Of a DNA stretch of 26,851 nucleotides, positions 1 to 7,841 are shown piece by piece. The stretch is from a virus. Taxonomy: Duplodnaviria > Caudoviricetes. Below the pieces are notes generated by a model. That model saw nothing but the letters and a program-made list of their open reading frames with translations, did no database searches and was not told the origin of the DNA. The stretch covers positions 1 to 26,851 of the IMG/VR virus record IMGVR_UViG_3300048858_000106. One strand, written 5' to 3'. Both the position numbers and the translations under genes were made by a program. Each line of letters begins with the position of its first letter. The stretch's first letter is position 1.

Positions 1-235
1 TCACAGCCTCAGCGAGCCTGCACCCACTAGCGCCTGCGCGTTGCACTGCCTTTGCGCGGCGTCGGCTAGGGTTGCAGATCCCTCGCGACAAATCGGCTTT
101 GTCTCGCGGCGTCTGATATCGCCGGGCCGGCGTAGTGTTTCCTGGTAGTCGGCATCTGTCGGCTCGACGTGTATCAGCCTTTCGGCAAGCAGACCGTCAC
201 ACTGCAACGATTGCAGTTGCATTGCGATCCTACGG

Positions 236-736
236 TCACCATCGCCGCGTGGCCACAGGCAGCTGATCCGGCTCGACTGCGTCCTGCATCAGCAGGTCGG
301 GCTAAATCTGCGCCAGCTCGCGCCGGCGTGGCAGATATAGTACGCGACTTTAGACCGGCTCGACGCCCTGTCGAGTGTGCGCCAGCATGAGATTGATGAT
401 GGCCCGTTCGCGTCTTGGTCCTCGAGTGCAGCGCGTTGGTTCATGATCGTCAAGAAGGTCAATCGCCAACCGTGCGGCACATGCTTTCCGGTGAAGCCAG
501 CGTCCAGGTAGAGCTTGCTCCAGGTGCTGTCGTTGATCGGATGTCGAGCCTTCGTGATCGGCACGCCGGCAAAGGGGCGATCGCGAGCGTCTTCTCCTTG
601 CCAGTAAAGCGGTACTTCAGCCGCGAAAGCTTCGACCTGTTCTTACGCACGAGCAGGTACAGTTCACGCTCGCCGACCATCTTCCGGTCGTACCGGTCGA
701 TTCGGCTTTCCTGCAGGCGTTGTCGGTCAGCGCTGA
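236..736 (-). pseudogene. Degraded P4-family tyrosine integrase (internal deletion, frameshifts, nonsense codons)
   Basis: An N-terminal arm-binding fragment (LTDNACRKA...ELYLLVRKNRSKLSRLKYRFTGKEKTLAI) joins directly, near 570, to C-terminal catalytic fragments (GKHVPHGWRLTFLTIMN; RAIINLMLAH...VEPV*SRVLYLPRRRELAQI*PDLL). The catalytic Tyr position is TAA (350-352) and the conserved Trp is TAG (302-304). Confidence 0.85.
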
Positions 737-747
737 GGTCGCAAGTC

Positions 748-983
748 GGTACCCGCAAAGTACCTTAACGACCGCTGCGCCTGGCTGAGACAGGCAGCGA
801 TCTCATGAGCCCACTTTCGCAGAAAAACCGCGAGGAAGTGCAAGGCTTGTGAGCTTGGGTGAGACTAGTTGCGCTGGGGCATTGGATGCCCGACAAGGGC
901 AAGGAACGCACGCCTAACTTCCTGTTTTTAAATGATCGTTCTTGGATGATCTTGGGGTGAGGCCCCTTAAAGTGCCCCAGCGC
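748..983. mobile_element. Candidate prophage att junction with integrase arm-type sites
   Basis: GTACC direct pair at 748-764; GCCCC direct pair 12 bp apart at 962-978; perfect 11-bp inverted repeat GCGCTGGGGCA (871-881) / TGCCCCAGCGC (973-983); tRNA-3'-end-like CTGTCTCAGCCA on the minus strand (782-793). The region lies between alpA and the integrase remnant. Confidence 0.45.
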
Positions 984-985
984 TT

Positions 986-1219
986 TCATGAGGATGCCCC
1001 GCCGAGCTGTTCGTTCTTCCAGGCTTCGATGGCGTGTTCGGGCCAGGCGACTCGCTGCAGAGCGACTCGAGTCGGAGCCGGGAACTTGTCCCTGCCGATG
1101 AGGCGATAAATCGTGGCTCGGCTGAGCGAGGTCTCGCGCACGACGTCGCTGATCTTGAGGAAGCGGCCTGGCGCGCGCGCGGGGGCACTGCCGGTCTGGG
1201 CGGTGTGAAGATCAGACAT
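986..1219 (-). CDS. alpA: AlpA-family excisionase/regulator
   Basis: RFLKISDVVRETSLSRATIYRLIGRDKFPAPTRVALQRVAW is a typical AlpA HTH. ATG at 1219 overlaps the 3' end of the MTase gene. Confidence 0.88.
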   Translation of the reverse strand: MSDLHTAQTGSAPARAPGRFLKISDVVRETSLSRATIYRLIGRDKFPAPTRVALQRVAWPEHAIEAWKNEQLGGASS

Positions 1220-1961
1220 GTAGGGGGCTCTCAGCTTGTGCTGCTTGGTAGGCAGCGGTGATGCGTGCGACGGCGGTCGCGAAGTGTGCCGGGTTCTTTT
1301 CGATGCCCGTGAAGATGCGGCCGGCGCCGATCGCGGCGACGCCCGCTGTGCCGCTACCCATGAATGGGTCGCAGACGGTCTTGCCGGCGACGTTGAGCAT
1401 GATGCTCGCCATGAGGTCACCGGGCTTACACGTGGGATGGCCGTGTCGGGCCGGTCCACGCGGGGAGGCGAAGCGGCGGACCCGCAGCTTCTCGGTCACG
1501 TCCCCTTGGGGGTGGTAGCCGCGCTGCCAGGCATGCACGTAGAACTCGCAGTCGCTGCGGTAATGCTTGTTGGCTATCGGCTGCGGGTTGACCTTCTGCC
1601 AGATGCAGAGAGCGTGCCGATTGAAGTTGCCAGAGACATGCGTGAGCAGGGCGGCGAGCTGGTCGTTGTTCGTAAAGATCACGACGGCGCCGCAGAGCAG
1701 GGGATTGACGATCGCTAGGTCGAAGCCGCGATGCATGTTCTCTTCGACCATTCGGTCGAAGTTGGGTCGTCGCTTGCGGTAATGACCGCCACCACTCGCC
1801 TTAATCAGGTACGGCGGGTCAAACACATCAGCGTCGAAGAAGCCGAGGCGTGGGCGCAAGTAGTAGGCGTCCGCACAGTAGAGCGTGTGCGGGCCGATCT
1901 GCGCAACGCCGACATCGCCACCGGGCGTGCCTGCGTCATAGCCGAGGAGGGTAGCCGTCAC
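1212..1961 (-). CDS. Beta-class N4C/N6A DNA methyltransferase (orphan)
   Basis: Catalytic DPPY precedes HPTCKP and the SAM-binding motif VCDPFMGSGT...GIEK. GTG start at 1961 forms a GTGA overlap with the upstream stop. Confidence 0.9.
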   Translation of the reverse strand: MTATLLGYDAGTPGGDVGVAQIGPHTLYCADAYYLRPRLGFFDADVFDPPYLIKASGGGHYRKRRPNFDRMVEENMHRGFDLAIVNPLLCGAVVIFTNNDQLAALLTHVSGNFNRHALCIWQKVNPQPIANKHYRSDCEFYVHAWQRGYHPQGDVTEKLRVRRFASPRGPARHGHPTCKPGDLMASIMLNVAGKTVCDPFMGSGTAGVAAIGAGRIFTGIEKNPAHFATAVARITAAYQAAQAESPLHV

Positions 1962-2995
1962 CGGGGGAACTCGGTCCACTCGCGGCCATCGAGCAGGCGA
2001 CCAGCGGCCTTCTTGCCGACGCGGCACATGCCTTCCCAGCCATTGCCCTCTTCCGAGATGAGCCAGCCGGCTTCCATGGGGCGGAACTCGCGGTCGCTGC
2101 TGACGTGGATCGCATCGGGCGTGTTCGTGCAGCCCGCGGGATCGTGGTCACGCGAGGGGTGGTATTCGCCCCACTGCTTGAACAGGAACGGGGTGGCCGA
2201 CGCGAGGCACTGTTCGCGCAGCGAGCGCACCCAGTCGGGATGCATCGGACGCGCCTTGGGGCCGCTCTCGCCGCCGACGATGACCCAGTCGAGCGGGCCT
2301 TGATCCTTGCTCATGTTCGGATGGCGAACCAGCGCATCCATGAACGTGTCGCCGTTGTCACGAAGGCAGGTGATGTCCATCGGCCCGAGCAGCGGCTCGG
2401 CGCTGATGAAGCGCACTGCGGCCGGCGTCGCGAGTAGATGAGGGATGCGCTCGTCGGCGCGCTCCTGGTCCTCTACTGAGACGCCAAGCCAGACGTTCGC
2501 GGGTGCCTTTAGTTCGTTGTTGAACGGGTGCTGTGCCAGGGTGCCGTCGCCCATCGTGACGTTGATCGGCTTGGCTCGCTTTCGCGCTGACAGGTACTCG
2601 CGCATGCGATCGGCGCGCTTAGTCAGGATCATGTGCGTGTGCTGCGGAGTCAGGCCGCAGACGGCGAAGAGGCGGTCAATCGCTTCGTCGGGCACGTTCT
2701 CGTGGAAGAGGTCGCCATGGGCGTTCCAGAAGATCTTGCGGCCACGCTTCCACTGCAGCGCCAGCTGCAAGGCGGGTTCGTGCATCCGGACTTCACCCGT
2801 CCAGCGCGGACCGGCGCTCGTCTGCTTGGTCAGGCCGGCGCGTGACGGATGATGGCGCAGGCGGGTGCCGGCGAGCAGCTCCGCGTAGCAGCCGCCATGC
2901 GGGCCGGGTCCGCCGCAGCCGGGCGACACGCGCGAGCAGCCGTTGGCGTAGTTGAGGGTGGCGTCTGCCCATTCGATCTTGGTGTTGTCGGCCAT
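1958..2995 (-). CDS. DUF5131 / phage Gp37-Gp68 family protein (radical-SAM-like)
   Basis: MADNTKIEW...GCSRVSPGC...CYA, GDLFHE, ILTKR, NVWLGVSVEDQ, RFISAEPLLG, DWVIVGGESGPKARPM, FLFKQWG, AGRLLDGREW. Confidence 0.92.
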   Translation of the reverse strand: MADNTKIEWADATLNYANGCSRVSPGCGGPGPHGGCYAELLAGTRLRHHPSRAGLTKQTSAGPRWTGEVRMHEPALQLALQWKRGRKIFWNAHGDLFHENVPDEAIDRLFAVCGLTPQHTHMILTKRADRMREYLSARKRAKPINVTMGDGTLAQHPFNNELKAPANVWLGVSVEDQERADERIPHLLATPAAVRFISAEPLLGPMDITCLRDNGDTFMDALVRHPNMSKDQGPLDWVIVGGESGPKARPMHPDWVRSLREQCLASATPFLFKQWGEYHPSRDHDPAGCTNTPDAIHVSSDREFRPMEAGWLISEEGNGWEGMCRVGKKAAGRLLDGREWTEFPR

Positions 2996-2998
2996 GGT

Positions 2999-3616
2999 CT
3001 ACCTGCGGGCGGCTGCTGGCGCGCTGGAGGCGCGACCAGGGGAGGATTGGAGGGAGCGGGCTGCGGAGGGCAGGCGGTGGCATTTGGCCGGGCGGCTGAC
3101 CGGGTGGAGGCCGAGCACGTCTTCCGGCTCGGGCCAGTTCCACAGGTTCAGGGCGCCCGGCATAGTCACCGGTGCGCGCCAGTGCTCCGGGTCGAGCATG
3201 GGCCAGGCCCAGACAGCGTGCTTGTCGCGGGTGCTGTCGTTGACACGGGGCACGCCGAGCTCTTCGGCGATCTCCTCGGCCGCGCGGGGCTCGCCGATCA
3301 CGGCGGTGCCGACGCCGGCCCCAAGGTGCAGGGGCTCTTCGCTGGGCAGCCAGGCGCGATCGAGGATCGGCAGCCCCTTCTCAGCGTCGAGGCACGTCTC
3401 GATGACGGCCGGGTTCTGGTTCCGCTTCTCCGGGCCGTCGCGCAGCAGGGAGAACAGGGCGACCACTTCGGCCTGGTCGATCTTGCGCTTGGCGGCATGG
3501 ATCACGATGCGCTGGCCGATCATCGCCGCGGGCGGGCGCCAGCTGCGGAACTCGTAGGGCTTGGCGCCCGCGATGATCAGCGTAGCCCAGGGCTGCAGGA
3601 CGGTGAGCGCCTTCAT
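2999..3616 (-). CDS. ASCH-domain protein
   Basis: MKALTVLQPWATLIIAGAKPYEFRSW...RIVIHAAK and PVTMPGALNLW. The last ~35 aa look like a low-complexity run-on extension. Confidence 0.82.
   Translation of the reverse strand: MKALTVLQPWATLIIAGAKPYEFRSWRPPAAMIGQRIVIHAAKRKIDQAEVVALFSLLRDGPEKRNQNPAVIETCLDAEKGLPILDRAWLPSEEPLHLGAGVGTAVIGEPRAAEEIAEELGVPRVNDSTRDKHAVWAWPMLDPEHWRAPVTMPGALNLWNWPEPEDVLGLHPVSRPAKCHRLPSAARSLQSSPGRASSAPAAARR
3080..3107 (-). promoter_or_regulatory. Degenerate copy of the candidate Ogr-activator box upstream of DUF5131-MTase-alpA
   Basis: GCATTTGG-CCGGGCGGCTGA-CC matches the 24011 copy at 20 of the first 22 positions. Candidate -10 CAATCC (minus strand) lies 31 bp away. Confidence 0.5.
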
Positions 3617-3978
3617 GCTGCACGGCTCCCGCGATACGCGCGAGGGCGGAACTGCTCGGGCAACACGTCAAAGGGGTGGGCTACCAGGGTAAACTCGCCG
3701 CCCGGTCGGACGAAGGTCACGTACTGGCTGTCGTGCGTGATGTAGAAAGCACGCCGGCCGCTAACAGTGATCTCGACCGGCTCGACTTGGTAATCAGTCA
3801 GCCGGCAGACCGCGATCTTCAGAAACTCGCCGAAGGTGTATCCGGAGAACGCATCACAGCGCCAAGCATCGGCGAGCGCCTTGCCACGGGTTGTGGCTAG
3901 GTAGATACCGCTGCCCCAACCCATGATGCTCACTTCAAAGCGTCGCAGGCGGAAGTCTTGGGTGCGCGTGTCCTTCAT
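3613..3978 (-). CDS. Hypothetical phage protein
   Basis: Starts MKDTRTQDF, with ATGA overlaps to both neighbouring genes. Confidence 0.75.
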   Translation of the reverse strand: MKDTRTQDFRLRRFEVSIMGWGSGIYLATTRGKALADAWRCDAFSGYTFGEFLKIAVCRLTDYQVEPVEITVSGRRAFYITHDSQYVTFVRPGGEFTLVAHPFDVLPEQFRPRAYRGSRAA

Positions 3979-4217
3979 GCTGCGCGCTTCCCGAGCTGCT
4001 CGACCAGGGTGGCGAGGTCGCCCACGGTCTCGCAGTTCTCGAAGCGGCACGCGGGCAGCTCGATCTCGCAGGCGTCGCTGACCGCCAGCTCGATGCAGAC
4101 CATGTCGACGGCGTCGCAGCGCAGGTCGCGCGCGAAGCTGGTCTCAGCGGTGATCTCGGGCAGGTGCGTGCGCGTGTTGACCAGCGCCTCGCGCACGATG
4201 GTGGCGAGGTCGGTCAT
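3975..4217 (-). CDS. Acyl-carrier-protein-like protein lacking the phosphopantetheine serine
   Basis: 80 aa with EITAETSFARDLRCDAVDMVCIELAVSDACEIELP...TVGDL, which aligns by eye to the AcpP pattern F..DLG.DSLD.VE......E.F.IEI...TVGD. DSL is replaced by DAV. Confidence 0.8.
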   Translation of the reverse strand: MTDLATIVREALVNTRTHLPEITAETSFARDLRCDAVDMVCIELAVSDACEIELPACRFENCETVGDLATLVEQLGKRAA

Positions 4218-4339
4218 GGCTGCTCGTCGTCCTGGGCTTGAGCGGCGTCGGCGCGCTTGACGGTCGCCCCGATCAGAAGGGCCAGCGCGAACGCCACCAC
4301 CAGCCACAAAACCAGTGCGGTGAGGACTACCCCGATCAT
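4214..4339 (-). CDS. Small single-pass membrane protein, 41 aa (not in the ORF track)
   Basis: MIGVVLTALVLWLVVAFALALLIGATVKRADAAQAQDDEQP, with ATGA overlaps at both ends that exactly fill the gap. Confidence 0.7.
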   Translation of the reverse strand: MIGVVLTALVLWLVVAFALALLIGATVKRADAAQAQDDEQP

Positions 4340-4812
4340 GCTGCACCGCCTGACGGCGCCGGCAGCAGACCCATGGTGACGTTAGGAGCGCCCGTGCGGT
4401 ATTCGACGGCGAGGGGCTCGGCGATACGCTCGTAGACGGTCGCGCCGTCTGCCATGACCACGTGAGCGAGGAAGGCCTGCTCCAGGGTTTCGATGCCGCT
4501 CTCGACGCTTTCCAGCTTGGCCTTGATGACCAGGAGCAGGGCGCGGCCGCGTTGGCGGTGGCTCTGGGCGAGGCGTTCCTTGCGCTGGGGCAGGTTGAGC
4601 GCGACGTTGTTGCCGTTGCGCGCCGGGATCGTGTCGAGCCCTGGCAGCGGCACGCGGAAGCGGATCAGGCGGTCGGCCAGGACGAACTGGATCGCGAAAT
4701 GATCGTCGCTCTCGAACTGGCCGATCTGCTGAGCGCCGGCGCGCTTTATGAGGGTGATGATCTCGGCGATCGACTTCTCGAACGCGACCGATGTGTTCTC
4801 GGCGTAGCTCAT
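4336..4812 (-). CDS. Hypothetical phage protein
   Basis: 158-aa ORF with an AGGAG ribosome-binding site and an ATGA overlap downstream. Confidence 0.8.
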   Translation of the reverse strand: MSYAENTSVAFEKSIAEIITLIKRAGAQQIGQFESDDHFAIQFVLADRLIRFRVPLPGLDTIPARNGNNVALNLPQRKERLAQSHRQRGRALLLVIKAKLESVESGIETLEQAFLAHVVMADGATVYERIAEPLAVEYRTGAPNVTMGLLPAPSGGAA

Positions 4813-4822
4813 GAGCTGGCTC

Positions 4823-5020
4823 CTACCGGTGGTCGCTCTTCGCGCTGGCGAGCGCGTGGGCGACGATGAAGGGAATGGCGATCAGGCCGGCGATCACGAG
4901 CAGGACACGGGTTGCGACCTTGAGCGCGAGATCCAGGCGGCCGTTGGCGCGGGCGCACGGGGCGCAGCGGCGGCAGGCGCAGCTTTGCGGGTGCACGTGG
5001 GGCTTTGGGATGCTGCGCAT
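4823..5020 (-). CDS. Small Cys/His-rich membrane protein
   Basis: HPQSCACRRC followed by the hydrophobic segment VLLVIAGLIAIPFIVA. Starts 2 bp after the gapR-like stop. Confidence 0.7.
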   Translation of the reverse strand: MRSIPKPHVHPQSCACRRCAPCARANGRLDLALKVATRVLLVIAGLIAIPFIVAHALASAKSDHR

Positions 5021-5022
5021 GA

Positions 5023-5259
5023 TCAGCCGAGCCCCAGCGCTGCGCGATAGGTGTCGAGCAGCATGTCCATCTCTTTGCGATCGTCCGGGTTCATCTTCCG
5101 GAGGCGCACGATCTGGCGCATGATCTTCACGTCGTACCCAACGGCTTTCGCCTCGAGGTAGACGTCGCGGACATCGTCGCTGATGCCCTTCTTCTCTTCT
5201 TCGAGGCGCTCGACGCGCTCGATCAGGAGGCGCAGGCGATCGTCGGTGGTCTCGGCCAT
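5023..5259 (-). CDS. gapR: GapR-like (DUF2312/UPF0335) DNA-binding protein
   Basis: DDRLRLLIERVERLEEEKKGISDDVRDVYLEAKAVGYDVKIMRQIVRLRK...LLDTYRAALG, with an AAGGA ribosome-binding site. Confidence 0.93.
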   Translation of the reverse strand: MAETTDDRLRLLIERVERLEEEKKGISDDVRDVYLEAKAVGYDVKIMRQIVRLRKMNPDDRKEMDMLLDTYRAALGLG

Positions 5260-5270
5260 CGGTGGTCCTT

Positions 5271-5471
5271 TCAGAACATCAGGATTTGAGGATCGGGGCT
5301 TGCGGCGACCCAGTCGGCACGCGCTTGGCGCGCATCGGTGAGGGCCTGCTCGGCTTGCGCGTGCTCGGCCTCGATCGCCTGCCGGCGCTCGGCCGCGCGG
5401 CGCACCCGGCGTTCCGCTAGGCGCACGACTTCTTCGTGAGCTTCGAGGGTACCGAGCACGGGCGTGGTCAC
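5271..5471 (-). CDS. Hypothetical coiled-coil protein
   Basis: GTG start in a GTGA overlap; MTTPVLGTLEAHEEVVRLAERR... Confidence 0.68.
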   Translation of the reverse strand: MTTPVLGTLEAHEEVVRLAERRVRRAAERRQAIEAEHAQAEQALTDARQARADWVAASPDPQILMF

Positions 5472-5887
5472 ATCGTGATCCACTTCGTGCCCTGGACGAG
5501 CCCACAGACGGCAATACCGAGGCAGATCGCGCCGAGCAGGATAGGCATGACGGCGCGACCGATGCGCTCTGCCTGGGCGATGCCGGCGAGGCGCTGCGCG
5601 TGGCGCATGGTCTCCTCGTCGCACTCAAGCAGCTCTTCGAGGTCGAGCGGCGATGTGACACCGCGGCGGGTCGCCAAGGCGCCTGCAGGGCGGCGTTGAC
5701 CAGGCAAGTCGATCTTGCAGCTGTCGCAGAAGGCGTAGCCGTGGCCGTCGATGAACTCGACTGCCCAGCCCTGTGGCAGTTCCTCGGTGAGGTTGTGCTC
5801 GTTCGTCTCGCAGCAGGTGCAGATGAAGATGGTGGGCTGCAGGCTTTTAGGGGCGGCAGCGGCGGCGGTGATCTTCTCGTGACGCAT
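5468..5887 (-). CDS. Hypothetical protein with two Cys clusters and a C-terminal TM helix
   Basis: CTCC...CDSC motifs and a hydrophobic C-terminus. GGAG lies upstream of ATG 5887. Confidence 0.68.
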   Translation of the reverse strand: MRHEKITAAAAAPKSLQPTIFICTCCETNEHNLTEELPQGWAVEFIDGHGYAFCDSCKIDLPGQRRPAGALATRRGVTSPLDLEELLECDEETMRHAQRLAGIAQAERIGRAVMPILLGAICLGIAVCGLVQGTKWITM

Positions 5888-5991
5888 GGGAAAGGGCTCC
5901 ATGTGAATGGGCAAGGCTGGGGCGTTCCCGGAAGCGAGCCGGGTTGGGGTACGTCGGGGTCGTGAGTGGTGGGGCTTGCTAGGCCGTCAGC

Positions 5992-6327
5992 TTACGTCGG
6001 GGCGGTGTCGGCGATCGGTTCAGGCGCGGGGCCGTTGTCGTTCACCGCGTTCTCATTCGCGGGGATCGCGGCGATCACCGGATGCGCGGGCGTGCTGCGC
6101 CATGTGGACATGGGCAGAAGGTGGAGCGGCTTGGGAAAGCGGCTCGGCTTGATGGTACGAACGGCCACCATTTCGATCACGAACGTGTGTCCGCACGCAT
6201 CGGGATTGCGGCAAGCGTAGTAGACTTCGCGGAAGAGCAGCTCGCTCTTCCCCGTAGAACGTGCAAATGCGCGGCCCCCGCAGGCCGGGCAGTTGACGTG
6301 TGGAAGCTGGTTCGGACGGCCCGACAT
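5992..6327 (-). CDS. ogr: Ogr/Delta-family zinc-finger late transcription activator
   Basis: NCPACGGRAFARS...REVYYACRNPDACGHTFV...TIKPS. Confidence 0.92.
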   Translation of the reverse strand: MSGRPNQLPHVNCPACGGRAFARSTGKSELLFREVYYACRNPDACGHTFVIEMVAVRTIKPSRFPKPLHLLPMSTWRSTPAHPVIAAIPANENAVNDNGPAPEPIADTAPT

Positions 6328-6818
6328 CAGACTTGTACCCCCGTATCTTCAGCCGCGGCCCCAGTGCCGGGCAGAAGTGCTTTGAGCCGACCGAGAAGGC
6401 GCGGGATGAGCGCATCGACTTCCTCGGTCTCCAAGATGGCGCGGTGGATCACCGCGGGCGTGGCGCCGGGCTGCAGCGCCTGAATGCAATGGCCGATCGC
6501 GTCTCCGGTCTCGCGCGAGGTGAGGGCGATGTCCTCGGCGAGCGCGGCCCGGCAGGCCACCTGGTCGACCAGGCCGATTTCAAGCTGACGGGCGTAGCTT
6601 TCGAGGATCGGCGCGTACCCACCGCCGGCGGCGAGAAAGGCCCGATCAAGCGCGATCGCCCGATCCAGCGTGGGCAGGCCCTTGCGGTCGCTTTCGCTCC
6701 AGTGTCGCACGGTGCGTGCCGCTCGGCGCGCGGCGCGGGCCGCTTCCTTCGCTCCGACGTATTCGACGATCGTGCGGATCGAGAGGGCGAAGGAGATGGG
6801 CGCGCGCAGCTTGGTCAC
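6327..6818 (-). CDS. CII-like phage regulatory protein (by position and N-terminal HTH-like segment)
   Basis: GTG start overlaps the cro-like stop (GTGA). AKEAARAARRAARTVRHWS resembles an HTH. Confidence 0.65.
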   Translation of the reverse strand: MTKLRAPISFALSIRTIVEYVGAKEAARAARRAARTVRHWSESDRKGLPTLDRAIALDRAFLAAGGGYAPILESYARQLEIGLVDQVACRAALAEDIALTSRETGDAIGHCIQALQPGATPAVIHRAILETEEVDALIPRLLGRLKALLPGTGAAAEDTGVQV

Positions 6819-7108
6819 TTGCTGCTGCCTTGTGCGGAATTTTGCTGTTCCACCGATCGACGGCAAGCGACGCCGGTGGTCGGCGTGGCTAGATCTTCGG
6901 CCGGGCGACCGAGGGGGAACACGACATCTTCAGCAGTGATCGGCAGGCCGTTGGCTCTCCCCACATCGAGCACGAGCGGCTGCTGCGTGGACGGTATGCG
7001 GCCCTCTCGCTTCCACGACGAGACATTCGACGGGGACAGGTTCAGAGCGCGTGCCATCGGGCGGATGCCACCGAAAAGCGTAAACAGATTCGTGTGTGCG
7101 TCGGACAT
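6815..7108 (-). CDS. Cro-like HTH regulator
   Basis: LFTLFGGIRPMARALNLSPSNVSSWKREGRIP; divergent from the repressor gene. Confidence 0.82.
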   Translation of the reverse strand: MSDAHTNLFTLFGGIRPMARALNLSPSNVSSWKREGRIPSTQQPLVLDVGRANGLPITAEDVVFPLGRPAEDLATPTTGVACRRSVEQQNSAQGSSK

Positions 7109-7191
7109 ACGGATCGTGTATGATAACCGCACACGTAATGCAATGGAGAAATACACACACCACGTGTGTGAGTTTTCCGCATACTAGAGCG
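7092..7191. promoter_or_regulatory. Lysis/lysogeny switch: four 19-bp operators and two divergent, apparently leaderless promoters
   Basis: Imperfect palindromes GTGTGYG-N5-CRCAYAC start at 7092, 7116, 7142 and 7166. Leftward: TTGCAT-N17-TACACG-N6-ATG. Rightward: CATACT (7180-7185)-N6-ATG. Confidence 0.7.
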
Positions 7192-7749
7192 ATGGAGTCT
7201 GCCGCTACCAAACTCAAAGAACTGAGGAAGCAAGCCTCGCCGCCCATTACCGTGCGCGGGATGGCTGATGCACTTGGCATCCCATTCGGCACGTACTCAA
7301 CCTATGAGGCGGCGAGCAGATACAAGAAGCCTACGCTGCCTCTCGATTTAGCGAGGAAGGTCGCAACTGTGCTTGCGGCTCACAAGGTCGACCCGGCGGA
7401 GGTGATGAAGCTCGCCGGGCTTACCACGGACGAGGCAGAGCCCGAGGTGAGGGCGCTTGAGGCCGCACGCCCTCGTGTCCAGTACGTGCCGCTGCAGCTC
7501 GCGCTTCCTAGTGAAGATGCCTTGCGCGATATGTTTCGAAGCTTGCTCGACCTGGCTCCGCACCTTCTTCAAGAGAGTGCAGCAAGGGACGAACTCGCTG
7601 AAATTCTCGCTCAGCGGCTTCCATCTGGCTTCGCAGGGATCGGACCCGTCTTGCTTGATCCAAGGTCGGCCGCAACGACTGCAGCCGATGCAATTCCTCC
7701 AACTCCCGCCAGAGATCGTCCCGAGCCTGCACGAGCGTCGCACACCTGA
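7192..7749 (+). CDS. XRE-family prophage repressor without an S24 autopeptidase domain
   Basis: KLKELRK...ITVRGMADALGIPFGTYSTYE is an XRE HTH. I see no S24 Ser/Lys motifs in the C-terminus. Confidence 0.82.
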   Translation: MESAATKLKELRKQASPPITVRGMADALGIPFGTYSTYEAASRYKKPTLPLDLARKVATVLAAHKVDPAEVMKLAGLTTDEAEPEVRALEAARPRVQYVPLQLALPSEDALRDMFRSLLDLAPHLLQESAARDELAEILAQRLPSGFAGIGPVLLDPRSAATTAADAIPPTPARDRPEPARASHT

Positions 7750-7826
7750 CGCTACAGCGCAGGCACGCAAACTCGCATCCTGGTGTCAGCCGCTCGACGA
7801 TTCCGGACAAAGGCAAATCCTAGACT

Positions 7827-7841
7827 GTTCCTGTTTCGTTC
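7827..7841. promoter_or_regulatory. Alphaproteobacterial LexA (SOS) box
   Basis: GTTC-CTGTTTC-GTTC is an exact GTTC-N7-GTTC match, intergenic between the repressor and lmuA. Confidence 0.65.

Noticed and set aside
1-222. 73-aa minus-strand ORF at the window edge
   Set aside because: No recognisable motif, and it lies in a decayed region next to the integrase remnant.
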